Positions 48,162 to 57,234 of a DNA stretch of 64,000 nucleotides are shown piece after piece. Each line of letters opens with the position of its first letter. Within the stretch, counting starts at the first letter, position 1. Location: positions 40,465 through 104,464 of IMG/VR virus record IMGVR_UViG_2816332268_000002, one strand, 5' to 3'. The notes under the pieces are model-generated. The model made no database searches. It saw nothing but the letters and a program-made list of their open reading frames with translations, and had not been told where the DNA came from. Position numbers and translations under genes: made by a program. The DNA is from a virus (lineage: Duplodnaviria; Caudoviricetes).

Positions 48162-49115
48162 ATGATCGAATTGAACGGAAAGGGCTGCCGCGTGCGCGTG
48201 ATCGCGGACAGCGTCGCGAATATGATGAACAACCGCTCGCGCATCACTACGCTGGAGCTGCGCTACTGGCGGGCTATTCACGCCGAGTTCATGACACATC
48301 GCGTGTTCAGCCGCAACGCCGGCTCTTCCCGCGCCATCCCGGTCGCGAAGATCATCGAGCAGGTGCGCAACGATCCGGCCGGCCCGATTCATTGGGGAGC
48401 GAACCAGCGCGGCATGCAGGCCGGCGCCGAAATCGACTCGCCGGTTCTGGTTGGCGTATACGACGAATTCGACAACCCGTCCGACGAGCCGCTGTTTCGC
48501 TTCGGCACGGCCGAAGTCTCCCCGCAGGAAGCGTGGCGTCTTGCCGCTCTCGACGCTGCGGCAAACGCGGAAGCCTTCATGAAGGCTGGCTATCACAAGC
48601 AGCTGGTGAACCGCCTGCTCGAGCCGTTCCAATACATCAACGTGCTGGTCACCGCGACCGACTGGCACAACTTCTTCGAGCTGCGCGACCACGCGGACGC
48701 ACAACCGGAGATTCAAGACCTCGCTCGCACGATGAAGGCGGCGATGGATCAGTCGACTCCCATCGTTCGCTCGGGCAATGCGGGCGATCCCGATGCGTGG
48801 CACCTGCCGTATGTGCTCGATTCGGAGCGTGAACTGATCCGACTCGACGTGCTGAAGAAAATCTCGACCGCGCGCTGCGCCCGCGTGTCCTACGAGCCGT
48901 TCGACGGCAACGCAGCACTCGAGAAGGAGCTGGAGCGCTACGACCTGCTCGTCGGCAGCAAGCCGCTGCATGCGAGTCCGACCGAGCACCAGGCGCACCC
49001 GATGGCAAATGGCTCCGATCGCAACCGCAACTTCCGGGGCTGGAAGCAGTATCGGGAAGACGTCGAGGTCCGCATGGCCCGCGAATCGGCGCAAGCATTG
49101 GCACGCAAGGCATGA
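48162..49115 (+). CDS. thyX: Flavin-dependent thymidylate synthase (phage type)
   Basis: EFMTHRVFSRNAGSSRAIP; HKQ..NRLLEPF; FF.LR...AQPEI; ARCARVSY; HASPTEH. Confidence 0.85.
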   Translation: MIELNGKGCRVRVIADSVANMMNNRSRITTLELRYWRAIHAEFMTHRVFSRNAGSSRAIPVAKIIEQVRNDPAGPIHWGANQRGMQAGAEIDSPVLVGVYDEFDNPSDEPLFRFGTAEVSPQEAWRLAALDAAANAEAFMKAGYHKQLVNRLLEPFQYINVLVTATDWHNFFELRDHADAQPEIQDLARTMKAAMDQSTPIVRSGNAGDPDAWHLPYVLDSERELIRLDVLKKISTARCARVSYEPFDGNAALEKELERYDLLVGSKPLHASPTEHQAHPMANGSDRNRNFRGWKQYREDVEVRMARESAQALARKA

Positions 49116-49432
49116 GCAACTTCCTGAAGTGGATCAAAGGCGCGCGGTGGCGAATGTCGCTGTCGCACTGCTTCGAGGGGCTGCTGATCCAGGCCCCGGT
49201 CACGCTGCTGGCCGGCAACGAATGGTTCGGTGCGCTCGGCGTGGTCATTTGGTATTGGTCGCGCAAGAAGCTGGAAGCTGAGACTCGCATTGAGAAGGAC
49301 GGACAGACCCATGTCGATACGTGGGCGGCCGGCTGGTTCCCGTGGCAGTGGGATGCCTGCATGGTCCTCGACGTCGTGCTGCCCGCGATGACTTCCTTCC
49401 TGATCGCTTACCTGATAGCGATCTGGGCCTGA
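49112..49432 (+). CDS. Membrane hypothetical protein
   Basis: ATGA overlap; hydrophobic segments. Confidence 0.6.
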   Translation: MSNFLKWIKGARWRMSLSHCFEGLLIQAPVTLLAGNEWFGALGVVIWYWSRKKLEAETRIEKDGQTHVDTWAAGWFPWQWDACMVLDVVLPAMTSFLIAYLIAIWA

Positions 49433-49474
49433 CTACAAACAAGTAACACCTTTCTCTGACACAAGGAGCAACAC

Positions 49475-50113
49475 ATGGACAACACGACCTACCGTAGCCG
49501 CGTTCTCGAAACCGAATCGAAGCCGCGCTCGCTCGACTTCGGCCCGGCAACGCTGCTGGTCGCCCTGAACATGGCCGTCGCGGCGACGATGGTGCTGGAT
49601 CAGGTCAAGCGCGCGATCTACTACGGCAAGGAAATGGACCCGAACAAAACGCTCGATTCGCTCGGAGTCATGCAGAGCGCGGGGGAGTCGCTGAAGTTCA
49701 CGATCGGCACCGGCCGCTACCGCGACCCGATGGACGTCCACTTCTTCATGGACAAGCTGCCGAAGGAGGTCGTCCAGCAGATCAACCCGCAAAACGTCGA
49801 CATGCGCCTGCTGCATGCGGCGCTGGGCAGCTTCACCGAGTCGGGCGAACTGATCGAAGCGCTGCTGCCGACGCTGCTGGGCAAGCCGGTCGACCGCGTG
49901 AACGTCGCGGAAGAGCTGGGTGACGCGAACTGGTATGGCGAAATCGCGCTCGACGCGCTGGGCCTGACCCGCGAGGAGGTCAACGCGGCGAACATCAAGA
50001 AGCTGCAGGACAAGAAGGCGGGCCGCTACAAGGCCGGCACTTTCCTCTCGGACGACGCGGTGAACCGCGACACGGGCGCCGAACGCGCGGTGCTGGAGGC
50101 AGCGGTTGCATGA
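49475..50113 (+). CDS. MazG-like NTP pyrophosphohydrolase with an internal duplication
   Basis: LLHAALG..TESGEL...EELGD..WY...NI.KL...Y. Confidence 0.8.
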   Translation: MDNTTYRSRVLETESKPRSLDFGPATLLVALNMAVAATMVLDQVKRAIYYGKEMDPNKTLDSLGVMQSAGESLKFTIGTGRYRDPMDVHFFMDKLPKEVVQQINPQNVDMRLLHAALGSFTESGELIEALLPTLLGKPVDRVNVAEELGDANWYGEIALDALGLTREEVNAANIKKLQDKKAGRYKAGTFLSDDAVNRDTGAERAVLEAAVA

Positions 50114-50295
50114 AACGTAAGGCCCTGTTCGACATAGTTTTCTATGTCGTCATGGTCATCGCGCTCCTGGTCGCTATCGCGGCTGGGAGCGTTTTTGTTC
50201 GTGTCATCGCGAAGTGGTGGCAAACCGACTTCCCGACCAACGGCACCTACACCGTGACGATCCAGCACTACAGCACCAACAAGGAGGTGGAATGA
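50110..50295 (+). CDS. Small membrane protein
   Basis: ATGA overlap; one TM helix. Confidence 0.55.
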   Translation: MKRKALFDIVFYVVMVIALLVAIAAGSVFVRVIAKWWQTDFPTNGTYTVTIQHYSTNKEVE

Positions 50296-50918
50296 TCAGT
50301 TTGCTCGGGGCGCAACGAACCGGAAAGACCACGCTGGCAAAGGCCTATGCGGAGGCGGCCGGTATCAAGTTCGTGCCCACCAGTGCCTCGGCGACGTTCG
50401 AGCGACTCGGTTACAGCCCGAAAGCCGACTACCCGTTCGAGGCGCGGCTCATGATCCAGCGGGAGATCCTGCGCGACGTGAACCGCCTCTACGAGCGCAG
50501 CGGCGTGAAGTTCATCACCGACCGCTCGCCCATCGACCTGCTGGGCTACACGCTCGCCGACGTGCAGCGCAATAACGTTCCCTACGAACTCGCTGCGGAG
50601 GTCGAGCGGTATGCAAACGACTGCTACGAGTGCGCCAACCGACACTTCACTGCGCTGATTCTGGTGCAGCCGGGCATCCGACCGGTTGAAGAGGAAGGGA
50701 AGGCTCCGGCCAATCCGTCCTACATGGAGCACCTGAACGCGCTGATGCTCGGCCTGCTGACCGACGACCGGCTACAGGCCGACCACTTCCTGATCCCGCG
50801 CCGCTACACGAGCGTCGAGAAGCGGATCGAGGCGATCACGTATGCGCTCGGGAAGTCGACGGAGCGGCACCAGGCGAAGATGGATTCAATGCTGGATCGG
50901 GGGATGATGATTCACTAG
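50292..50918 (+). CDS. P-loop nucleotide kinase (dNMP kinase/NadR-like)
   Basis: GAQRTGKTT; ITDRSPID. Confidence 0.8.
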   Translation: MISLLGAQRTGKTTLAKAYAEAAGIKFVPTSASATFERLGYSPKADYPFEARLMIQREILRDVNRLYERSGVKFITDRSPIDLLGYTLADVQRNNVPYELAAEVERYANDCYECANRHFTALILVQPGIRPVEEEGKAPANPSYMEHLNALMLGLLTDDRLQADHFLIPRRYTSVEKRIEAITYALGKSTERHQAKMDSMLDRGMMIH

Positions 50919-50921
50919 TAA

Positions 50922-50941
50922 GTAAGTAAATAGTGATCGAA
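50922..50941. promoter_or_regulatory. Degenerate site
   Basis: GTAAGTAA-atag-TGATCGAA. Confidence 0.5.
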
Positions 50942-51012
50942 ATCCGAGAGGTGAACACTATACTTCACTGCATAGAGGTTCACTTCTCAATCAACCAATT
51001 TTGGGGATCGCA

Positions 51013-51636
51013 ATGTCGACCAACGTCAAGCTGAGCAACCACGTCCGTGATCAGATCATTTCGAATGCAATGAAGGGCGCTTTCGAGAAAGAGAAGAAGG
51101 CGGTGGCGAAGCAACTTCAGGATCTCGCGATGGCGTGCTACCGCTCGCAAGTGAGCGCGGAAGAAGAGGCAGCGGCACGTCGCGCCCCGGAAGAGTTTCT
51201 CACGCTGTCGAACACGATCACGCTGGCTTTCCGTGACGAGAATGGTAGCCGCACTGCCTACTATAGCAGCGTCGACCTGCCGAAAATCGTTCCGTTCAAG
51301 CGCGGTGGCGGCACCTATCTGACTATCTCGGACAAGAAGCTCAACGCGAAGAAGGACGCCTACGAGAAGGCACATGCTGAGCTCGAAGGGAAATTCGACG
51401 AACTCCGGAATTCGATCCGCGGGATGGTCTACTCCGCAACCACGGTCAAGAAGCTGCTTGATATCTGGCCGGAGTCGGTGAACTTCCTGCCGGATAACTT
51501 GGAGAAGCCTGCGCCGGCTCTCCCGGCGGTCATCGCAACTGACCTGAACAACGCGCTGAAGAAAGCCGGCGTGAAGGTCGGTGTCATCAAGCGGGCCGCA
51601 CAACCGACGGGCGGCCTCGTTGCCGTTGCGGCATGA
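51013..51636 (+). CDS. Nmad5-like protein (putative)
   Basis: KL...RDQI..NA N-terminus and SATTVKKLLDIWPE...LP C-terminus recalled as typical of Nmad5. Confidence 0.6.
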   Translation: MSTNVKLSNHVRDQIISNAMKGAFEKEKKAVAKQLQDLAMACYRSQVSAEEEAAARRAPEEFLTLSNTITLAFRDENGSRTAYYSSVDLPKIVPFKRGGGTYLTISDKKLNAKKDAYEKAHAELEGKFDELRNSIRGMVYSATTVKKLLDIWPESVNFLPDNLEKPAPALPAVIATDLNNALKKAGVKVGVIKRAAQPTGGLVAVAA

Positions 51637-52049
51637 GCGCGCCGAGTGAGTTTCCGACGCTCCGCGACGAGCTGGAGCGCAAGGTCACGGAAGAAGTCGA
51701 GCGCTTGGTCTTGGCCGTGCAGCAGGGCAAGCTGAGCGCGTATGGCTATCAGATGGCGCTGGACGGGCTCTGGGGCGGCGTAGCGGGCATCGTGAGCAAG
51801 GAATCGATGGAACTGCTGACTGCGGCCAAGCAAAGCTACCAAGGAGAGCATGTGCTGGTGCGCGTGTTTAAGCGAGGCGAGGCCGTTGTCAAGCTGACGT
51901 GGGCTTTCGGTGCCGCGTTCTTCACGATAACCGGTGCGACACGCTCACAGCAGCGACGGAGCGCGGCGGACGGCATGGCAAGCACGTCGATGCGCGAGTT
52001 CTCGGCTTTCGCGGCCGGGATGCTCAAACAAGGCTGGGAGGCGGTATGA
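51633..52049 (+). CDS. Hypothetical protein
   Basis: ATGA overlap. Confidence 0.6.
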   Translation: MSAPSEFPTLRDELERKVTEEVERLVLAVQQGKLSAYGYQMALDGLWGGVAGIVSKESMELLTAAKQSYQGEHVLVRVFKRGEAVVKLTWAFGAAFFTITGATRSQQRRSAADGMASTSMREFSAFAAGMLKQGWEAV

Positions 52050-52112
52050 CCTATTCGAAAGTAGACATGTCGCAGACGGGCTGAAGTCCGAAGATTTTCT
52101 GTAACCATAGCA

Positions 52113-52132
52113 ATAAGTCACCAACGACTTAT
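52113..52132. promoter_or_regulatory. Palindromic site
   Basis: ATAAGTCA-ccaa-CGACTTAT. Confidence 0.8.
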
Positions 52133-52146
52133 CACAAGGGGAAGCA

Positions 52147-52611
52147 ATGCAACGAAACGAAGTGATCCGCGCCGACGTTCAGGCTCTGCTGAATCGCACC
52201 GACGAGATTCGCCTCAAGAGCGACGAGGACAAGCTCTTCACGATTCTCGGTGAAATCGAGAAGCTGTCGGACGCCGAGAAGGCACCGTTCTTCGCGCAGT
52301 CGCGAAAGGGCGGTGGCGTGTTCCTGTTCGAGAGCCGCCACTTCCCCGGCCACATCGTCGAATACATCCCCGGCGTGATGGTGAACGACTCGATCTCCTG
52401 CATGTTCGAGCCGCATCCCGTGTTCGCCAGTCCGTCGACGCTGCTGAAGCTCCGCGAGGAACTTGTCGGCGAGCTCGAGCGTATCCACCACGCGATTCCG
52501 GGCGCGCTCCACAAGGCCGATCCGGCACGCCACAGGCCGGTGATGCTGATCGAAATGTCGACGCTTCAGCTCGCCGACACCCTGCGCGAAACCGCTCGCG
52601 TGAAGCTGTAA
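52147..52611 (+). CDS. Hypothetical protein
   Basis: RBS AAGGGG downstream of a palindromic site. Confidence 0.7.
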   Translation: MQRNEVIRADVQALLNRTDEIRLKSDEDKLFTILGEIEKLSDAEKAPFFAQSRKGGGVFLFESRHFPGHIVEYIPGVMVNDSISCMFEPHPVFASPSTLLKLREELVGELERIHHAIPGALHKADPARHRPVMLIEMSTLQLADTLRETARVKL

Positions 52612-52686
52612 CGAATCCAGCGGGGCGCCGTAGGGCGCTCTGCACACTGTCTGTCACACCAACATCACCACTGAAAGGAACACACC

Positions 52687-53082
52687 ATGACGAACCTCAA
52701 GCGTATCGCTGCATACCAGACCACCGACGGCCAAACCTTCGACGACAAGGACGTGGCGAAGAAGCACCAGGCGGAGCTGGATCGTATGGCGAAGGTGAAG
52801 GAACTCGTCGCGAATGGCATGGGCACCGTCGACATGACGGAAGGCGATGACCTCTACACCGTGATCGCGAACATGATCGTCACGAACGCAGACGCGCTGC
52901 GCGAGATTCTGCCGAAAAAGGCGAAGGCTGCGAAGGCACAAGATCCGGTGAAGCCGGAAGTCGAACAGGGCGCGGCACCCACCGCCGCGGTCGAGCCGCC
53001 GGTGATCGAGTCGCCGGCGGCGGAGTTCGCGTGGCCCGCTGGCCTGTCTGCTTCGCTCAACACGACGCAAGCAGCAGCGTAA
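52687..53082 (+). CDS. Hypothetical protein
   Basis: RBS AAGGA; Y.T.DG.TF.D...A..H motif. Confidence 0.7.
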   Translation: MTNLKRIAAYQTTDGQTFDDKDVAKKHQAELDRMAKVKELVANGMGTVDMTEGDDLYTVIANMIVTNADALREILPKKAKAAKAQDPVKPEVEQGAAPTAAVEPPVIESPAAEFAWPAGLSASLNTTQAAA

Positions 53083-53100
53083 CGCCATCAGGTGAGCACG

Positions 53101-53130
53101 GCCCGGTTACGCACGTAACCGGGCTTTTTC
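53101..53130 (+). terminator. Intrinsic terminator
   Basis: GCCCGGTTACG-CA-CGTAACCGGGC-TTTTT. Confidence 0.88.
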
Positions 53131-53227
53131 TTGGCTGCCTGGATCGCGATTGGATGCGTTACGCATCCGAGAGAGCGCCACTCCCCGATTGGGAGAATGA
53201 CTACATCACAACAGAGAAGCAAAGACC

Positions 53228-53683
53228 ATGAAACCGAACTTCGAATTGCTCCGCGACGCGTTCGCGATTCTCGACGGGATTCCGGAACACATCTTCAACC
53301 TCGACGCATGGACCGTGCAGCAAGGAGAGAGCCTGAGCTGCGGGACGATCGCATGTGCCGGCGGCTGGCTTGCGCGCCATCCCAAGTTTGCAGAGCTCGG
53401 GCTCGGTATCTCCAGGGGCGGCGATGTATGCCTGCGAACCGATGCGAATGAATCGTCCTTCGGCGCACTGTCGAAAATCTTCTCGCTGCGTGGCGACGAG
53501 GACGAAATCTTCATGCCAAGCGGTGCCGGCTACAGCGATCACGAGCTGAGTTTTGAAGTGCGCCAGGCAATGACCGACAAGCAGCTTTGGAAGCGCCGTG
53601 TGCTTCGTCTGTTCCAGGAATACGACGAGCCCTTCGATCCGAAAGTCGCGGATGGTCTTCACCTCGACGCAAGGAGACAGTGA
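53228..53683 (+). CDS. Hypothetical protein (CGTxACxxGW motif)
   Basis: Motif frequent in small phage proteins. Confidence 0.65.
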   Translation: MKPNFELLRDAFAILDGIPEHIFNLDAWTVQQGESLSCGTIACAGGWLARHPKFAELGLGISRGGDVCLRTDANESSFGALSKIFSLRGDEDEIFMPSGAGYSDHELSFEVRQAMTDKQLWKRRVLRLFQEYDEPFDPKVADGLHLDARRQ

Positions 53684-53684
53684 C

Positions 53685-54149
53685 ATGCCGAAACTCCACA
53701 TTCCGCGCTTGGGTGCGGACCTCGTCCTCTTGAGCGACTGGTCGTTCCGCCTGTTTCACGAGCACCGCAACTCCGGTCTGCAATCGGCGGTTGGGCTGGC
53801 GAACCCCTTCAGCGGCCTTCAGGACTTCTGGGGCGCGAAGCCGGCAGAGCGATTCGCCGCGCTCGAGAAGTCGCAGTGGCGTGAGGCAGACGGGTCGCTG
53901 AGCACGGTGAAGGAGCGCTACTTCAATGGCGAGCTCCAGCACCCGCTGACGATCCCGACCGGCGCACTCCTGACGATTGATCGCATCTTCATTCGTAGGG
54001 GCGCCGCTGATTACGACAGCGTGACCTTCTGGCTTAAGGCGTCGAAGGTGCCGGTAACGATCAACAGTCGACAGGTGAAGAAGAGCGTTCGCTTCTGGGC
54101 AAAGCTGGACGACGTGAACCACATCGAATTCGAGGAACAGAGCGTATGA
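53685..54149 (+). CDS. Hypothetical protein
   Basis: RBS AAGGAG; overlaps the rtcB start. Confidence 0.65.
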   Translation: MPKLHIPRLGADLVLLSDWSFRLFHEHRNSGLQSAVGLANPFSGLQDFWGAKPAERFAALEKSQWREADGSLSTVKERYFNGELQHPLTIPTGALLTIDRIFIRRGAADYDSVTFWLKASKVPVTINSRQVKKSVRFWAKLDDVNHIEFEEQSV

Positions 54150-55357
54150 AGCAAGTCATCAGCGAGCAGGGTTCGCGCCCGATCAAAATCTGGACGAACG
54201 ATATCGAGGACGAGGCACTGACGCAGGCGAAGAATCTCGCGCGCCTCCCGTTCATCGCCAGCAACGGCGTCGCTCTCATGCCCGACGTGCATGCCGGAAA
54301 GGGTTCGACGATCGGCTCGGTCATCGCGACCGAGAAGGCGATCATCCCCGCCGCGGTTGGTGTGGACATAGGCTGCGGCATGAACGCAGTGCGCCTGTCG
54401 TTGAAGGCGAGCGACCTCCCGGAAAGTCTCACCTCGATTCGCCATCAGATCGAGCGGGACGTGCCGCTGGGTGCCGGCGGCCGGCATCAACGGGACAGTG
54501 ACGTCCACGCGAACACCATGCGCCTGCCGGCGATGCCGAGCGATCGCGTTGAGGCCGTGCTCGCTGACGAGATCGTCGGCTCCAGGCACAAGGTCTACGA
54601 GAAGGCAGCCAACCAACTCGGCACGCTCGGCTCGGGCAACCACTTCATCGAGCTTTGCATCGACGAGAATCAGGACGTGTGGGTGATGCTCCACTCCGGC
54701 TCGCGCGGCATCGGCAACATGATCGGCAGCTACTTCATCGAGAAGGCGAAGAAGCGCATGGAGCTGCACTTCATCAACCTGCCCGATGGTGACCTCGCCT
54801 ATATCCCGGAGGACACCGACGACTTCCGTGATTACATGGCCGCGGTCCAGTGGGCGCAGGACTACGCGCTCGAAAACCGCAAGGTGATGATGCAGTCCGT
54901 CATCGCGGCGCTGCGCCGACACATTCCGATCGAGTTCGCGATCACGCAGGAGGCGATCAACTGTCACCACAACTACGTCGCGCGCGAGAACCACTTCGGC
55001 CGCAACCTGTGGGTGACGCGCAAGGGGGCTATTCGCGCCCGCGAAGGTGACCTCGGCATCATCCCCGGTTCGATGGGCCAGCGCAGCTACATCGTGCGCG
55101 GGAAGGGCAACCCGCAGTCCTACTGCTCGTGCTCGCACGGTGCCGGCCGCGTGATGAGCCGCGCCAAAGCGAAACGGATGTTCAACCTCGACGACCTCGC
55201 GGCCCAGACCGAGGGCGTGGAGTGCCGCAAGGACGCAGACGTGCTGGACGAGATTCCGGGCGCCTACAAAAACCTGGACGTCGTCATGGGCAACCAGACG
55301 GATCTGGTCGAAGTCGTCCACACGCTGAAAGCGATCATGTGCGTGAAGGGGGCGTGA
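54146..55357 (+). CDS. rtcB: RtcB RNA ligase
   Basis: MPDVH.G.G..IG; VGVDIGCG; GTLGSGNHF; HSGSRG; HHNY; PGSMG; SHGAGR; DEIPGAYK. Confidence 0.96.
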   Translation: MKQVISEQGSRPIKIWTNDIEDEALTQAKNLARLPFIASNGVALMPDVHAGKGSTIGSVIATEKAIIPAAVGVDIGCGMNAVRLSLKASDLPESLTSIRHQIERDVPLGAGGRHQRDSDVHANTMRLPAMPSDRVEAVLADEIVGSRHKVYEKAANQLGTLGSGNHFIELCIDENQDVWVMLHSGSRGIGNMIGSYFIEKAKKRMELHFINLPDGDLAYIPEDTDDFRDYMAAVQWAQDYALENRKVMMQSVIAALRRHIPIEFAITQEAINCHHNYVARENHFGRNLWVTRKGAIRAREGDLGIIPGSMGQRSYIVRGKGNPQSYCSCSHGAGRVMSRAKAKRMFNLDDLAAQTEGVECRKDADVLDEIPGAYKNLDVVMGNQTDLVEVVHTLKAIMCVKGA

Positions 55358-55659
55358 TGGCAAAGAAAGTCGGAACCTACGATATCCCGTTCGACAACGT
55401 TGGCAACCAACTCGACTATCCGGGGCACGCGTCCGAAATGAAAGCGAACCACGAATTCGAGGATACGTTGACGTATCACTCGTGTGGACGTGGGCGCAGT
55501 TCCGTTGGTTTCACGTTCAAGCGTTCGGACGGCCGCAAGGTGAACGTCTTCTTGACGGACATGGATGACTGGATACCGCAACTCAACGGCGGAAAGATCA
55601 GCGGACGTTTCACGTTCGTCAAGCGCGGCCAGAACTACGGGTGCACGAAGCTCGGCTGA
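55357..55659 (+). CDS. Hypothetical protein
   Basis: TGATG overlap with rtcB. Confidence 0.65.
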   Translation: MAKKVGTYDIPFDNVGNQLDYPGHASEMKANHEFEDTLTYHSCGRGRSSVGFTFKRSDGRKVNVFLTDMDDWIPQLNGGKISGRFTFVKRGQNYGCTKLG

Positions 55660-55669
55660 CTCCGCTCGC

Positions 55670-56128
55670 TTAGTCTTCGACGGGCTCTTTGGCGATGTAT
55701 TCCTTTTCCAAGCGATTCTTCGCCGAGAGCTCGACGACTGGAGTTTTCGCCAGTTTCCGGAACGAACCTTGGGCGTTCAGCAATTGCGCATCTGGGTCGA
55801 ACCGGTAGATGTGTCTGAGAATGCCCTCCAGTTCGCGAATTTCCTCCTCGCGGACATTCGGCCAGACAACGAATATCGAGCAGCAGTCCCAAAAGCCCTC
55901 CTTGTGCCTTTTATGCGCTCGAAGGCGCCCCTTGATACCTGACGCAGACATACCAACGTAGACAACTGCCCTGAAGGGACGCTTTGGGTCGTCCGACTTT
56001 GCGGTTCGGTAAAGGACGTAGATGCCGCGAAGTCCTTTGGGTATTTGGTCAATGTCCTCGAGGGCAATAAATTCGTGGCGCTTTTCAATTAGGCGCAGCG
56101 GTTCAGGTGGTCGCGATCTGGTAGCCAT
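55670..56128 (-). CDS. Stand-alone GIY-YIG nuclease
   Basis: RGIYVLY...VYVGMS...RL..H...E...N. Confidence 0.8.
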   Translation of the reverse strand: MATRSRPPEPLRLIEKRHEFIALEDIDQIPKGLRGIYVLYRTAKSDDPKRPFRAVVYVGMSASGIKGRLRAHKRHKEGFWDCCSIFVVWPNVREEEIRELEGILRHIYRFDPDAQLLNAQGSFRKLAKTPVVELSAKNRLEKEYIAKEPVED

Positions 56129-56283
56129 TGACGGTTCGTAAGACTGTTACTGTTTTGACATGGCGTGCCGTCTATGCGCTCAACACCATGTAACCCCGTA
56201 TTCGTGATTTGCCCACTGATATTGCCGCGCACCACAGCGGGCGTCAACCGACCCAAATTTGACGGTCATGCTCCAGATTGGTG

Positions 56284-56311
56284 TGACTATAATAAGTAAA
56301 TGATGAACTAA
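56284..56311. promoter_or_regulatory. Half-site plus TATAAT plus site before dnaQ
   Basis: TGACTATA-ATAAGTAA-atga-TGAACTAA. Confidence 0.65.
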
Positions 56312-56325
56312 ATCTGGAGCGCGCA

Positions 56326-56886
56326 ATGCGAATCATCACCGGGTTCGACCTGGAAACGACGGGACTCGACTGGAACGACGGGCACCGGATTATCGAAGTC
56401 GCCGCAGTTCTCTATGACCTCGACGTGGGCACGCGCCTGGGTCAATACGTGCAGCGGGTAAATCCGCAGCGCCCGATCGACGAGAAGGCGCAGGCAGTCC
56501 ACAAGATCACCTTCGACATGCTCACCGCCGAACCGACGTGGGAACAGGTCGCGCCGAACGTTTCGACGATTCTGGCGCGCACCAATTACGTCGTGGCCCA
56601 CAACGGCTTCGGGTTCGACTTCCCCTTCGTCACGCATGAGCTGCAGCGCGTCGGCATTGCCGTCCCGGAGATCACCGGGATCGACACGATGCTGGAAGCG
56701 CGGTGGGCGACGCCGTTCGGGAAGCTGCCCAACCTCGGTGAGCTCTGCTTCGCCTGCGGTGTTCACTACGACCCGTCGCAGGCCCACGCGGCGCTGTATG
56801 ACGTCGAGCGAATGATGGAAGCGTATTTCGCGGCTCGGAAGATGGGTGACTTCTTCGGCCCGCGGGCAATCGAGGCGGCTGCTTAA
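56326..56886 (+). CDS. dnaQ: DEDDh 3'-5' exonuclease (DnaQ/epsilon-like)
   Basis: DLETTG; AHN..FD; AHAALYD. Confidence 0.9.
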   Translation: MRIITGFDLETTGLDWNDGHRIIEVAAVLYDLDVGTRLGQYVQRVNPQRPIDEKAQAVHKITFDMLTAEPTWEQVAPNVSTILARTNYVVAHNGFGFDFPFVTHELQRVGIAVPEITGIDTMLEARWATPFGKLPNLGELCFACGVHYDPSQAHAALYDVERMMEAYFAARKMGDFFGPRAIEAAA

Positions 56887-56902
56887 ATTTGTGCCTGATG
56901 GA

Positions 56903-56922
56903 GTAAGTCAGTAATGACCAAA
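56903..56922. promoter_or_regulatory. Palindromic site containing the ATG at 56914
   Basis: GTAAGTCA-gtaa-TGACCAAA. Confidence 0.7.
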
Positions 56923-57234
56923 TATACAGAAGGAAAACTCGAACTCGGCAGGTTCGGCGTGGTCAGGGGCGGCCCGGTCCATCACTACACGAACGGTAGT
57001 GGACGGTCGCAGCTGTTCCTAGCGACCGCCGGCCAGGACATGAGCCACGAGGAGATTTACGCGAATGCCGCCCGTCTCGTGAAGTGCTGGAACCTTCACG
57101 ACGAACTCGTGGCGGCGCTGAAGGCGCTGCGCAGTGAGGCCGCCTTCTCCGAAGAGTTCGGGAACTCGACCGAGGCCGAGTTTGACGCCATCTGCGCGAG
57201 GGCTGACGCCGTGCTCGCGCAAGCGGAGGCGTGA
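56914..57234 (+). CDS. Hypothetical protein
   Basis: RBS GGAG; ANAARLVKCWN.HDELV.AL phage motif. Confidence 0.65.
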   Translation: MTKYTEGKLELGRFGVVRGGPVHHYTNGSGRSQLFLATAGQDMSHEEIYANAARLVKCWNLHDELVAALKALRSEAAFSEEFGNSTEAEFDAICARADAVLAQAEA

